Of a stretch of DNA of 64,000 bases, positions 42,209 to 51,250 are shown piece after piece (position 1 is the first letter of the stretch; the number at the start of each line of letters is the position of its first letter). Source of the DNA: a virus; IMG/VR virus record IMGVR_UViG_3300044729_002678, positions 32,001-96,000 of that record. The stretch is one strand, 5' to 3'. Position numbers and translations under genes: made by a program. The notes below the pieces were generated by a model. That model searched no databases. It had not been told where the DNA came from and saw only the letters and a program-made list of their open reading frames with translations.

Positions 42209-42868
42209 CTAATATTCATATAATAGTTTAAATATTTCATCTAAAGCGGGATGTCTATGATTATCTTTTAATGTTACGGTGTAAACAAACCCACTTGGTT
42301 TTAATTTTGCTACTTCATGAATAGCAGAATCGTTTGCTGACTTTAAATCTATTTGTTGTGGGTCTCCACACAATATCATTTTTGAATTCTTACCCAATCT
42401 ACCCAACACCATCGCTAATTGAGATTTTGTAAGATTTTGAAATTCATCAATAATACAAACACATTCATCAAAAGTTCTTCCTCTAAAATGCGTAAGGGAT
42501 ACCAATTCTATTTTTTCATCCTGCTCCATTTTATCCAATACCGATGATTTATCATAAACTTTTCGCATATTAGAACGAATAGGAACTAACCACGGCTCTA
42601 ATTTTTCTTCCAAAGAACCTGGTAAAAATCCATTATCTTCATTAGAAACGGTGGGACGCGTTACAACAATTTTGTTATATTCTCTCTTAAAAAAGGAATC
42701 TAATGCTATTTGACACGCAAGTAATGTTTTACCACTACCAGCTTTTCCTAAAATAAAATTGAAGGGATGATTTAAGATATTTTGTTTTGCTACTTTTTGT
42801 TCTTCGGAAAGTGTAATTGAAAACTTTATATCACCTTTTGGAACTCTTTTTTCGGTATTTTCTATCAT
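42209..42868 (-). CDS. phoH: PhoH-family ATPase
   Basis: GKAGSGKTLLA, VTRP, GFLPG, RGRTF, DEFQN, GDPQQIDL, HRHP; start re-set to MIENTEKR, downstream of the late motif at 42892-42899. Confidence 0.92.
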   Translation of the reverse strand: MIENTEKRVPKGDIKFSITLSEEQKVAKQNILNHPFNFILGKAGSGKTLLACQIALDSFFKREYNKIVVTRPTVSNEDNGFLPGSLEEKLEPWLVPIRSNMRKVYDKSSVLDKMEQDEKIELVSLTHFRGRTFDECVCIIDEFQNLTKSQLAMVLGRLGKNSKMILCGDPQQIDLKSANDSAIHEVAKLKPSGFVYTVTLKDNHRHPALDEIFKLLYEY

Positions 42869-42904
42869 AATGTAACCCTTTATACTTTTAATATAAATAT
42901 CCCA

Positions 42905-42943
42905 TAAAAAACAAAAGGGGATGATTTTCATCATCCCCCTTTG
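42905..42943 (-). terminator. Rho-independent terminator after the major capsid gene
   Basis: GGGGATGA-N6-TCATCCCC stem with a T tract. Confidence 0.85.
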
Positions 42944-42970
42944 AAAACACTTTAACTATTATGTGATTGA

Positions 42971-44611
42971 TTAAGCACCACCAATAGTTTCCAATCCGTT
43001 CACATATACTTTACCATAGAACTCACCTCTGACCATTTCTTTGGCGTAGCGAGTCATTACACCCTTACGAGGAGTAAAGTTTTTGTAATCGTACACAAGA
43101 GGCGTCATAATCAATGGAATGTATGGAGCGTAAACAGCACCAGTTTCCAAGAATTGTGTTCCTCTGTAACCCATCAAAATCAAGTTTTCTTGCATATATG
43201 GGTTCTTATAAACCTGATATCTTTGTGCGAAAGAACCTACTTTGGTCATACCAAATGCAAATTGTCTTTCATCACCAGTTCCATCAGCAGTGTATCCTGG
43301 AATTGATTCCAAAATAGTAGCAACATCAGGAGAACATACTAAGAAGTTTGCACCACCACGCATTGTCTTAGCGTGAATTTGGTTAGAAACTCTCTGCAAT
43401 ACAGTTCCCAAAGTTGCGAACCAAGTACCCTGAATGTAAGCTGCTACATTAGTAGTGTTCGCATTTGTGAATGTAGTTCCATTCCATTCCTGTCCGATTT
43501 TTGCAGACCAGTAACCTGTAGTCAATGCGTTCTGAATCAACATGTCCAAAATCTCAAAATCAATCTCTTGTGATACATATTCAGATAACATTGAAGTTAA
43601 TTCTGCTTCTGCATCAATAGAGTGATATGCGTTCAAGTCCTGCGCAAATTCAGGTGTCCATTGTGCTTTCAACTTACGAGTTTTAGCAACAATTGGAACT
43701 GAACGCATTTCGATGTTCAATTCTGGGATTTCCAAATCCGTTTCAGGATTTGCTGCCATTTGTGTTTTTGATACCTCAAAATCACCACGAGTTACATCAG
43801 TTGGTTGTTTTTGGTATCTGATAGTAGCCGCTGTGGCGCCTGTTGCACTTGTAACTTTACAAACGAAAGCAATTTGAGTATCGGTTGAGTTTACAGTTGT
43901 AAATTGTGGGTAAAATGTTTCAATGTTAGTACCACTAATTGTAAACGCACGAACACCTTCCAAATCAGGACGAGTAAACGAACCTGTACTGAATGTTAAT
44001 TTTTGGAAAACACCACCAGCCGTTGAAGCAGACCATGCGGTATCATAGTTAAAATCAGCAGCTGAAATAGAAGCTGTTACCATAGCTGTGTCTGTAGGAG
44101 CCGCAGCTTTTGTAGAAATTGCTGATGTAGCATCATCGTTGATAGTGTAACCAAAACGACCAGCGCCATACAAACCACCTGAGGCTTGGTTGGCTGTTTC
44201 GGTAATACCAAATACTGAGTCGGCTTGTGAATTTTTACCAGAACCGGTTGTAAAACCAGGCTGACCTGTTCCATACTTAAAATCTAAATAGAAAATAAGA
44301 CCGGATGGGAGATTCATAGGTTGAACTGAAACAAACTCTTTCGCAGCGATTTCAGAGAAAATACGGCGAACAAGCGGAAGGGCTACGCCATTCCACTCTT
44401 CAGAGTTGTTGAACATTGATGTGGCAGAAGCTTCAGTTACTAACTGCTTTGCCTGATTTTCCAAAAGTTGAGCCATGTTGTTGATTTCGGTCTCATTGGT
44501 AATTTCATCTAAAAGACCGGTTTTTTTCCACTTGGCTACTAAACCTTTGGCTTCTTTACGAAGAACTCTTTCGAATCCTGCGCTTTCTTTTAAAATGCTA
44601 TTTATATTCAT
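42971..44611 (-). CDS. Major capsid protein (gp23-like)
   Basis: LPLVRR, VQPMNLPSGLIFYL, AKTRKLKAQWTPEFAQDLNAYH.IDAEAEL, YAPYIPL, MTRYA. Confidence 0.96.
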   Translation of the reverse strand: MNINSILKESAGFERVLRKEAKGLVAKWKKTGLLDEITNETEINNMAQLLENQAKQLVTEASATSMFNNSEEWNGVALPLVRRIFSEIAAKEFVSVQPMNLPSGLIFYLDFKYGTGQPGFTTGSGKNSQADSVFGITETANQASGGLYGAGRFGYTINDDATSAISTKAAAPTDTAMVTASISAADFNYDTAWSASTAGGVFQKLTFSTGSFTRPDLEGVRAFTISGTNIETFYPQFTTVNSTDTQIAFVCKVTSATGATAATIRYQKQPTDVTRGDFEVSKTQMAANPETDLEIPELNIEMRSVPIVAKTRKLKAQWTPEFAQDLNAYHSIDAEAELTSMLSEYVSQEIDFEILDMLIQNALTTGYWSAKIGQEWNGTTFTNANTTNVAAYIQGTWFATLGTVLQRVSNQIHAKTMRGGANFLVCSPDVATILESIPGYTADGTGDERQFAFGMTKVGSFAQRYQVYKNPYMQENLILMGYRGTQFLETGAVYAPYIPLIMTPLVYDYKNFTPRKGVMTRYAKEMVRGEFYGKVYVNGLETIGGA

Positions 44612-44642
44612 TTTTATATCCTTTGTTTAATAGTTTATACAA

Positions 44643-45734
44643 TTATTTTTTGATGTTAGCAAGCTTTTGGAATCTTGTAGCCAACGAAGAACCTTCGGTT
44701 ATGATACCAGCAGGTTTTGTTCCTTTGGTTGGTTTAGATGCAAATGATTCTCTAACAAATCTTTTTTGTGATTTTTTAGCAACATTAAGGTTTTCACCCA
44801 ATGTAGCAAACACTAATTTTACTTCTCTCAAAGATGAAGCACGGTCAAAGTTTTCTACAACTTTAACTTTTTGCTTTTCATTCAAATCAAAGTTTCTGAA
44901 AAGTTTGTTTGTGTAAAGTAGTTTTGCATTCAAAAGGTTTACTTCGTTAATGGTGTTCTTTAACGATTTAATTACTTTATATGCTTCTTCCAAATCACTC
45001 TTCATTTCTTCAGCCTCTTCTTCAGTCATTCCACCCTCTTCTTCATCTGCTGGCTCTTCACCATTCATTTCTCTAAGGGCCCTAATAACTTCATTCAAAT
45101 CAACTTCTTCATCGCCACCTTCTTCTTCAAAGAACTCACCAGTTCCTTGTTCATCTTCGGTTTCAGAATCGTAGTTAGCAACTTTATTATCACCTGCGCC
45201 AATTTCAGATGACTCTAATTCTTGTAATCTTTTTGATACTCTTTCACGAATTTTTTTCAATTCTGTGATTTCTGGGTTTTCTTCTTCAGCGGGCTCTCCT
45301 CCCATTTCACCTTCTAATTCTCTGATAATTGATTCTAAGTCTAAATCACCCATTTCATCATCATCATCTTCTTCAGCAGGTTCTTTGGTTTCAAATTCAC
45401 CACCCATTTCATCTTCTTCTTCAACAGGCTCGTCGGTTTCAAATTCACCACCCATTTCATCTTCTTCTTCAACAGGCTCGTCGGTTTGAAATTCACCACC
45501 CATTTCATCTTCTTCACCCATATACTCATCGGTTGTTGCAAACTCTTCTTCTTCCCCCATTGGAACTTCTTCATCTTCTAACTCTTCAGCAATTTTGTGA
45601 GACAACATTGATTGGAGTCTTGGAGTGAATGCTTCCTCAAGGGCGATTTTTGCATTTGCTAATGCTGTTTCTTTAACGGCTTTAGCATCGGCGATTGCTT
45701 CTTTAAGCAAATCTTTATTGCCTTTATTTTTCAT
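44643..45734 (-). CDS. Prohead core scaffold protein (gp22-like)
   Basis: Acidic, coiled-coil, directly upstream of the capsid gene; EVNLLNAKLLY, RFQKLA.I. Confidence 0.8.
   Translation of the reverse strand: MKNKGNKDLLKEAIADAKAVKETALANAKIALEEAFTPRLQSMLSHKIAEELEDEEVPMGEEEEFATTDEYMGEEDEMGGEFQTDEPVEEEDEMGGEFETDEPVEEEDEMGGEFETKEPAEEDDDDEMGDLDLESIIRELEGEMGGEPAEEENPEITELKKIRERVSKRLQELESSEIGAGDNKVANYDSETEDEQGTGEFFEEEGGDEEVDLNEVIRALREMNGEEPADEEEGGMTEEEAEEMKSDLEEAYKVIKSLKNTINEVNLLNAKLLYTNKLFRNFDLNEKQKVKVVENFDRASSLREVKLVFATLGENLNVAKKSQKRFVRESFASKPTKGTKPAGIITEGSSLATRFQKLANIKK
45390..45514 (-). repeat. 48-bp in-frame repeat (EEDEMGGEFxTDEPVE), about 3 copies
   Basis: aattcaccacccatttcatcttcttc repeated. 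Confidence 0.85.
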
Positions 45735-45844
45735 TTAATCTCCTAAATTTTTTTGGAAAAGTAAGATTATTATAAATCTTAATAATTGTTATAATAATTT
45801 TAGTTCCACAATAGTGTGTTGGAACATTAATTTGATAATAAATA
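45735..45844 (-). promoter_or_regulatory. Late promoter and two-hairpin leader of the scaffold-capsid operon
   Basis: TATTTATT at 45837-45844; hairpins 45803-45825 and 45762-45781; AGGAGA SD. Confidence 0.55.
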
Positions 45845-45868
45845 GAGGAGTTTTTTAAAAACGATATT

Positions 45869-46126
45869 TTATTCTGCTTTACTTTTCAGATATTGTTTTC
45901 TAATGGCCAATTCCATTTTTTTTCTTTTTTCTATTGATTTTGGTACGAATTCAGTTCTTTCTTTCAAAACATCCATCATTCCGCTATCTTTAACCATTTT
46001 TTTGAAAAGTCTTAATGCTGCTTCAACATTATTGTCTACCACTTTAACTGCCATTCCCCTACCAGGAACATACATTAACTCTCTTCTAATTTTTTTCTTT
46101 TTTGGTCTTTCTTCGTTTTCGTTCAT
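45869..46126 (-). CDS. rpsU: Phage-encoded 30S ribosomal protein bS21
   Basis: V.V...NVE.ALR.FKK.V...G.....K.R..F...S..KR.K...A pattern. Confidence 0.85.
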   Translation of the reverse strand: MNENEERPKKKKIRRELMYVPGRGMAVKVVDNNVEAALRLFKKMVKDSGMMDVLKERTEFVPKSIEKRKKMELAIRKQYLKSKAE

Positions 46127-46141
46127 AACTTTTTTTTAAAA

Positions 46142-46462
46142 TTAAACTATTTGTAAATTGTATATTGATTCAGTAACCAAACCATTTTTAGTTCTGATTA
46201 ATGCTTTTTCTTTTTTTATTTCTACCACAACCCCACCATACTCCTTATCAAGTATCATAACAGGAGAACCAACTTCAATTAAGTTTGCATCTTCTATTAT
46301 TGTATTTTCCGATATATCATCTAATACAACCTTAAAAGCACGAATTGCTTTTGAAATACCTGTTTTTTGTTTTTTGGGTAATTTATTAATATCCTTTAAA
46401 TTATCTTTTATAAAATCAGAAAATTTAAGTGATAAGTTTTGTATAATGTCTATTGCTGGCAT
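46142..46462 (-). CDS. Hypothetical protein with a C-terminal KOW/SH3-like module
   Basis: IEVGSPV.I.....GGVVVEI....A.I. Confidence 0.6.
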   Translation of the reverse strand: MPAIDIIQNLSLKFSDFIKDNLKDINKLPKKQKTGISKAIRAFKVVLDDISENTIIEDANLIEVGSPVMILDKEYGGVVVEIKKEKALIRTKNGLVTESIYNLQIV

Positions 46463-46476
46463 GAGTTGTTACCTTT

Positions 46477-48243
46477 TTATTTTTTATGTGATTTAAATCC
46501 CTGTCCCTTCATCCACCAAGCCAATGCCCAAGGATTATCAATACCCGGTTCATCTTTCATCGCTTTTACTGTTTTTTTCCATCCTTCGGGTGCAACTTCG
46601 TTGGTTACTTGTTTATTTTCCACAAATGGTTTAAAAGCCGAAATAACTTTATCTGCTGTCATTTTATCAAATTTGCTTTGCATTGCAACATCACCAACTT
46701 TGTATAATTTCAACAACTTTTCTGCTGTTTTCTTATCAACTTTTGTAGAACCAACGCGGGAAGTAGAACCATCTACTACACTCTTTAACAAGTCAGATAA
46801 TTTTACATTTGCTTCATTTACTTTTTTTTTTAAAATAAGATTTGATAGTTTCATTTCACCAACAAAATCTTTTGCATTTTCTTTATCTTGCGGGTCTACA
46901 TCGGTTACTTTATAAGTCTTACCACCAACAGTGAAAGTATCCTCACCTGCTGCAATTGCTCTTGCTCTTTCAGCACCAAATTCATTACCTTCATCCATTA
47001 CGATTTCTGCATCACTCAATTTTCCTTTAACAAGACCACTTACAGTTTTAATTACAACTTCGTTACCTTTAACAGAATAAACCATTCCTGTCTTATTTTG
47101 TGATTTAAGATGGACGGTATCTCCAAACTTTGGTTTTTTTACTTCCTTCACTAAATTTTGAAATTTCATCAATACAATTGCGTAATTACCCACTTTTCTT
47201 TCTGCACCAGCTGCGTATTTTTTATTTACAATTGCAATAGTGTTCCCAGATACTTTAATTATATACATTGGTATCATTTCAGTTGAGAAATCATATTTAA
47301 TTCCTGCTTTTTTCAATTCAGAACCAACGTTCATAAATGATGATGCGTTTTTAACTGCCGCTTCAATTTTATCTAAATCAGCATCGTATTTACCTTCGTT
47401 TACTGATTCTTTAATAACATTCTCCATTAATCCAATTGCAATATCTTTAACTTCTCTTTCTGCACCAGCTGCATATTTTTTATTTACAATTGCAATAGTG
47501 TTTCCAGATACTTTAATTCTATACATTGGTATCATTGAAGTTGAGAAATCATACTTTACACCAATTTTCTTTAATTCAGAACCAACGTTCATAAATGATG
47601 ATGCGTTTTTAACTGCTGCTTCAATTTTATCTAAATCAGCATCATACTTACCTTCATTGATTGATTTTTTGTTTATTAATTGACTTAATTTCATGTTTTC
47701 TCCTACAAAATCTTTTGCATTTTCTTTATCTTCGGAATCTACATCCGTTACTTTAAATGTTTTATCACCAACTTGGAATGTATCTTCACCTGCTGCAATT
47801 GCTCTTGCTCTTTCAGCACCAAATTCATTACCTTCTTTTATTTCGTAATATTTACCCAATATCTCACCAATTTCATCATAAGACGATTCCAACCTTTGCT
47901 GGAGAGTTGATACTTCTTTGATAGTGTTTGTAAAAATCTTAAAAGATTCGTTCATAGATTTCATATGACGAGAAACAGTTACCTTATCAAACCAATCACC
48001 AGTTTCTTGTAAAGTTAATTTATGAGCGGTTTCAACAATCTTTTTAATGTTTTGGTATGCTTCCATCAAATTACCATTATGGTAAATTGCCTCACCAATT
48101 TTTCGGTATGAAGCAACTGCCTCAACAAAAGCCCTTTTTTCTTCATTGGTCATTTTTGTATCATCCAAATCTTCCTCACCAATGTTTAATCTACGATAAT
48201 CCATATGCTGTGATTCTTTTAATAAGTTAAATAGTTTTTTCAT
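46477..48243 (-). CDS. Modular internal head protein with duplicated modules
   Basis: A-B-B-C-A module layout with xNE junctions. Confidence 0.7.
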   Translation of the reverse strand: MKKLFNLLKESQHMDYRRLNIGEEDLDDTKMTNEEKRAFVEAVASYRKIGEAIYHNGNLMEAYQNIKKIVETAHKLTLQETGDWFDKVTVSRHMKSMNESFKIFTNTIKEVSTLQQRLESSYDEIGEILGKYYEIKEGNEFGAERARAIAAGEDTFQVGDKTFKVTDVDSEDKENAKDFVGENMKLSQLINKKSINEGKYDADLDKIEAAVKNASSFMNVGSELKKIGVKYDFSTSMIPMYRIKVSGNTIAIVNKKYAAGAEREVKDIAIGLMENVIKESVNEGKYDADLDKIEAAVKNASSFMNVGSELKKAGIKYDFSTEMIPMYIIKVSGNTIAIVNKKYAAGAERKVGNYAIVLMKFQNLVKEVKKPKFGDTVHLKSQNKTGMVYSVKGNEVVIKTVSGLVKGKLSDAEIVMDEGNEFGAERARAIAAGEDTFTVGGKTYKVTDVDPQDKENAKDFVGEMKLSNLILKKKVNEANVKLSDLLKSVVDGSTSRVGSTKVDKKTAEKLLKLYKVGDVAMQSKFDKMTADKVISAFKPFVENKQVTNEVAPEGWKKTVKAMKDEPGIDNPWALAWWMKGQGFKSHKK

Positions 48244-48257
48244 TTCATTTCCTTTTT

Positions 48258-49214
48258 TCAGTAAGAACCTGGTCTATTACCTTTTTTCATAGAAGTTGCC
48301 CAAATACCAATCATCTTTTTAATATCGGCGGGAATTTCTTTATCATAAATAGTTAGTTTACCATCTTTTCCTATATGGGCTATCGTTTCATAATCACCAT
48401 CTTTTTCTTCTGCCCTATTCCAAATAGTTAAACCATTACCCAAATATCCAGACCCAATATCGTATTTTTTAGCTTCGTTTAGTAATTTTTCCGAATATAC
48501 AGTCATACCGGTGTTGTCCTCAATTGTAAATATATAACCCGGTATATTTGTAACCTTTTTCATATGTTCAAACTTTGCAGGAATTTCATTTTTTGTTTTT
48601 ACCTGTGTTTGATAATACACTTTTTTATTAAACGATACTACAATAGTCCAAGGACCTGTTTGAGAACCCTTTTTAATACCGGCCATCATTTTTGCTGAAT
48701 TAGTAGCTTCGTTTACTGATTCTTTGATATATTTCATAGAAGAGTTTGAACCATCGGTAAAGAATACATTATCACCATCAATCATTTTTACTTTTCTTTT
48801 GAATGGGCCTTTTTTACCTAAAGCTGCTTCCCAATGTGGATTATCAACAACTTTAACCATTTGACCAACTTTGATTTCTTTTTTTACTGATTCTTGAAGC
48901 TTTTTAATTAGCTTATTTTGAATTGGATTATTCGGTTTTCCAGACACCGCAGTCACAAAATCCATTCTGTCTGAAAGTTTTCCCTTCTTAACAAATTGGA
49001 AAACTTTTTCGATATCCAAATTGTGAGTATCAACAAACTTTTGAACTGCATCTTTATTTAAACCGGTAAGTCCACCAATTTCCATTGCGGTTCTCGAAGC
49101 GGACTCTAATTTTAAGCTTTTTTGTGTGTTTTGAACTGCCACCAAATTCATTTCTTTTTTTGCAATCTCTCTAATCATTTTTTTGAGTTGTTCTAATTTC
49201 ATTTTGTTTCCCAA
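48258..49214 (-). CDS. Modular hypothetical protein (probable internal head protein)
   Basis: MKLEQLKKMIRE leader; ESVKKE, ESVNE and LLNE junctions. Confidence 0.65.
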   Translation of the reverse strand: MGNKMKLEQLKKMIREIAKKEMNLVAVQNTQKSLKLESASRTAMEIGGLTGLNKDAVQKFVDTHNLDIEKVFQFVKKGKLSDRMDFVTAVSGKPNNPIQNKLIKKLQESVKKEIKVGQMVKVVDNPHWEAALGKKGPFKRKVKMIDGDNVFFTDGSNSSMKYIKESVNEATNSAKMMAGIKKGSQTGPWTIVVSFNKKVYYQTQVKTKNEIPAKFEHMKKVTNIPGYIFTIEDNTGMTVYSEKLLNEAKKYDIGSGYLGNGLTIWNRAEEKDGDYETIAHIGKDGKLTIYDKEIPADIKKMIGIWATSMKKGNRPGSY

Positions 49215-49846
49215 TTTTTAGGACATTCGCAATATCCACCAATTTCACAAATAATATCTCGCATTATACTATTAGCAGTTTCATATTTATTCACTTTTGA
49301 ACCCCTACTAACACCCTCATTAACGGGTTTCATAAAAGCCCCATGAGTAGATGGGTTACTTACAAAATCCCAACAAATTAAATCAAAATCGTTTTCTACA
49401 GCAACAGTACCATCTTCTCTAATTTGACGAACTGAACCCATACCCCGTGAAGATATTCCTACCGTACAACCTGCTTCTATCAATTCTTTAAGTATTCTGC
49501 CCGATGGGGTATTTAGTATTTCTACTTTACCAACAACATCTTTACCATTCCACCATACATCTCTAATAATATGTGAAGTATTTTTTAATTCCACAACCGA
49601 TGATTCTGGGTGGTCTAACTCACCATATGCACGATTTTCTGTTATCTCTCTACCCTTATATTTATCAACCTCACGCTTCAAAATATTTTCGGGATATATT
49701 CTACCATTTTGGTTTTTTTCATTTGCCCTTTGAAGAACACCAGTTACAATTAATCTACCATTACCATTCATAGCAGCTTCTTTAAGCTGTTGTGGTTTTA
49801 CATCAAATACAATAGTATCAATTAATAGTTGTTTCATATCAGGCAC
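49199..49846 (-). CDS. Prohead core protease (gp21-like)
   Basis: NQNGRIYP, GELDHP, SH, GISSRGMGS, DFVSNPS. Confidence 0.93.
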   Translation of the reverse strand: MPDMKQLLIDTIVFDVKPQQLKEAAMNGNGRLIVTGVLQRANEKNQNGRIYPENILKREVDKYKGREITENRAYGELDHPESSVVELKNTSHIIRDVWWNGKDVVGKVEILNTPSGRILKELIEAGCTVGISSRGMGSVRQIREDGTVAVENDFDLICWDFVSNPSTHGAFMKPVNEGVSRGSKVNKYETANSIMRDIICEIGGYCECPKNWETK

Positions 49847-50366
49847 CCAATTGTCTTATTTTACTTGAAATTCGGTTTAATCGCTCTGATATTTTAGAAA
49901 AATTGTTTCTTGTTTTTTTCCAATAAGCACCAGATGAAATACCCATTTCTGTCTTTAGTTTTATATTTTGATTCACTAAGTGTTCAACCTCATATATCTT
50001 TCTATTAATTTCTTTAATAGCCTTATTAATTTTATATTGTGGGGAACCTGTTTCATCTTTTCGGTATTGACGATAGTTCATTTCATTGATGACATCCTCA
50101 ATCTTTTTTTCCCAATTTTCTAAAAAATTTCTTTTTACATTTTTTACTTTTTTATACCCCAACACCTCAATATGGTCATTATCCATATCTCCTTTACTTT
50201 TCGCAAAAGCATGTGGAGTTCGTGGTGGACCAGCACCGCCATCCAAATTACCGGTAACATTTTGTTCACCCAAATCCTCATCATCCTTTTCATCGGGATT
50301 GACGATTTCCTCTTCTTCTAATTGCTTAAATTTTTTATCAAGCTCTTCAATTAAAAACCTACTCAT
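49839..50366 (-). CDS. Conserved head-module hypothetical protein
   Basis: TPHAF motif and C-terminal coiled coil; between portal and protease. Confidence 0.7.
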   Translation of the reverse strand: MSRFLIEELDKKFKQLEEEEIVNPDEKDDEDLGEQNVTGNLDGGAGPPRTPHAFAKSKGDMDNDHIEVLGYKKVKNVKRNFLENWEKKIEDVINEMNYRQYRKDETGSPQYKINKAIKEINRKIYEVEHLVNQNIKLKTEMGISSGAYWKKTRNNFSKISERLNRISSKIRQLGA

Positions 50367-51205
50367 TATTGAACACCCTTTAATTCGTTTAACAATTGAT
50401 AGTATCTTAAAAGTCCAAGTGCTTGAACCTCCGATACGATTTTTGCGTTGGATAAATTATCAATCAACCCAATAACCTCTTTTAACTTAATGGAAGAAAC
50501 TTTATCAGTAATTTTAAACTTTGAGAATTCATTTTTAAGTTTTTTACTTTCCCTTAAAATAAATCTTTTTAAATTGCCTGAATTATCAATATTGTTAATA
50601 TAATTTCTAAGAACCAATTTTTGTTCGCTGGTTAGTTCTTTATACTTATCATTAAATTTATCAACTAAAAACTTATAAGCCAATAACCTAACATCTTTTG
50701 ATTCTTTACTATACAAATCAGTATTTTCTTCTTTTATAGGTTTTTTTGTTTTTGTTATATTTTCTAAAATTTGATTTTTACATTCAACCCATTCTTTTGG
50801 ATATGTATTTTCTTGATTCTCAAATAGTTTATATATAGTGGCAAGTGATTTATAGTTATTTACCCTATACTTAAAAAAATCTTTAGCATCAAACTTTTCA
50901 TTTATTGATTTAATAAGATTATATTTTTCTTTTTTTAAATTGGTTTCATTTAATTTTTTTCTTTCAACCAAAATAATATTAAGAAACTCACTTGCTTTGT
51001 ATGTATTATCAAAATTTTCTTTGACAAGATATTGATACATTTTAAGTTCTTTACTTAATTCACTACCCTGCTTAAAATGCTTTTTAATTATAGATAATCC
51101 TATTGAATTTTTTTCATTCAAAGTATCAGATGCAATCTGCCTAACAAGAAGTTCAAATAAAACCCCAGTGTTTTTAAATTTAGAATGCTTTAATTTAGTG
51201 TTCAT
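50366..51205 (-). CDS. Conserved head-module hypothetical protein
   Basis: KHSKFKNTG.LFELLVRQI. Confidence 0.7.
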   Translation of the reverse strand: MNTKLKHSKFKNTGVLFELLVRQIASDTLNEKNSIGLSIIKKHFKQGSELSKELKMYQYLVKENFDNTYKASEFLNIILVERKKLNETNLKKEKYNLIKSINEKFDAKDFFKYRVNNYKSLATIYKLFENQENTYPKEWVECKNQILENITKTKKPIKEENTDLYSKESKDVRLLAYKFLVDKFNDKYKELTSEQKLVLRNYINNIDNSGNLKRFILRESKKLKNEFSKFKITDKVSSIKLKEVIGLIDNLSNAKIVSEVQALGLLRYYQLLNELKGVQ

Positions 51206-51250
51206 TTATAATTATCCTATCTTATCAATAAATAAATATACAAAATTTAA

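Noticed and set aside
42869-42934. ORF-track N-terminal extension of PhoH
   Set aside because: It runs through the capsid terminator and the late motif; MIENTEKR is the better start
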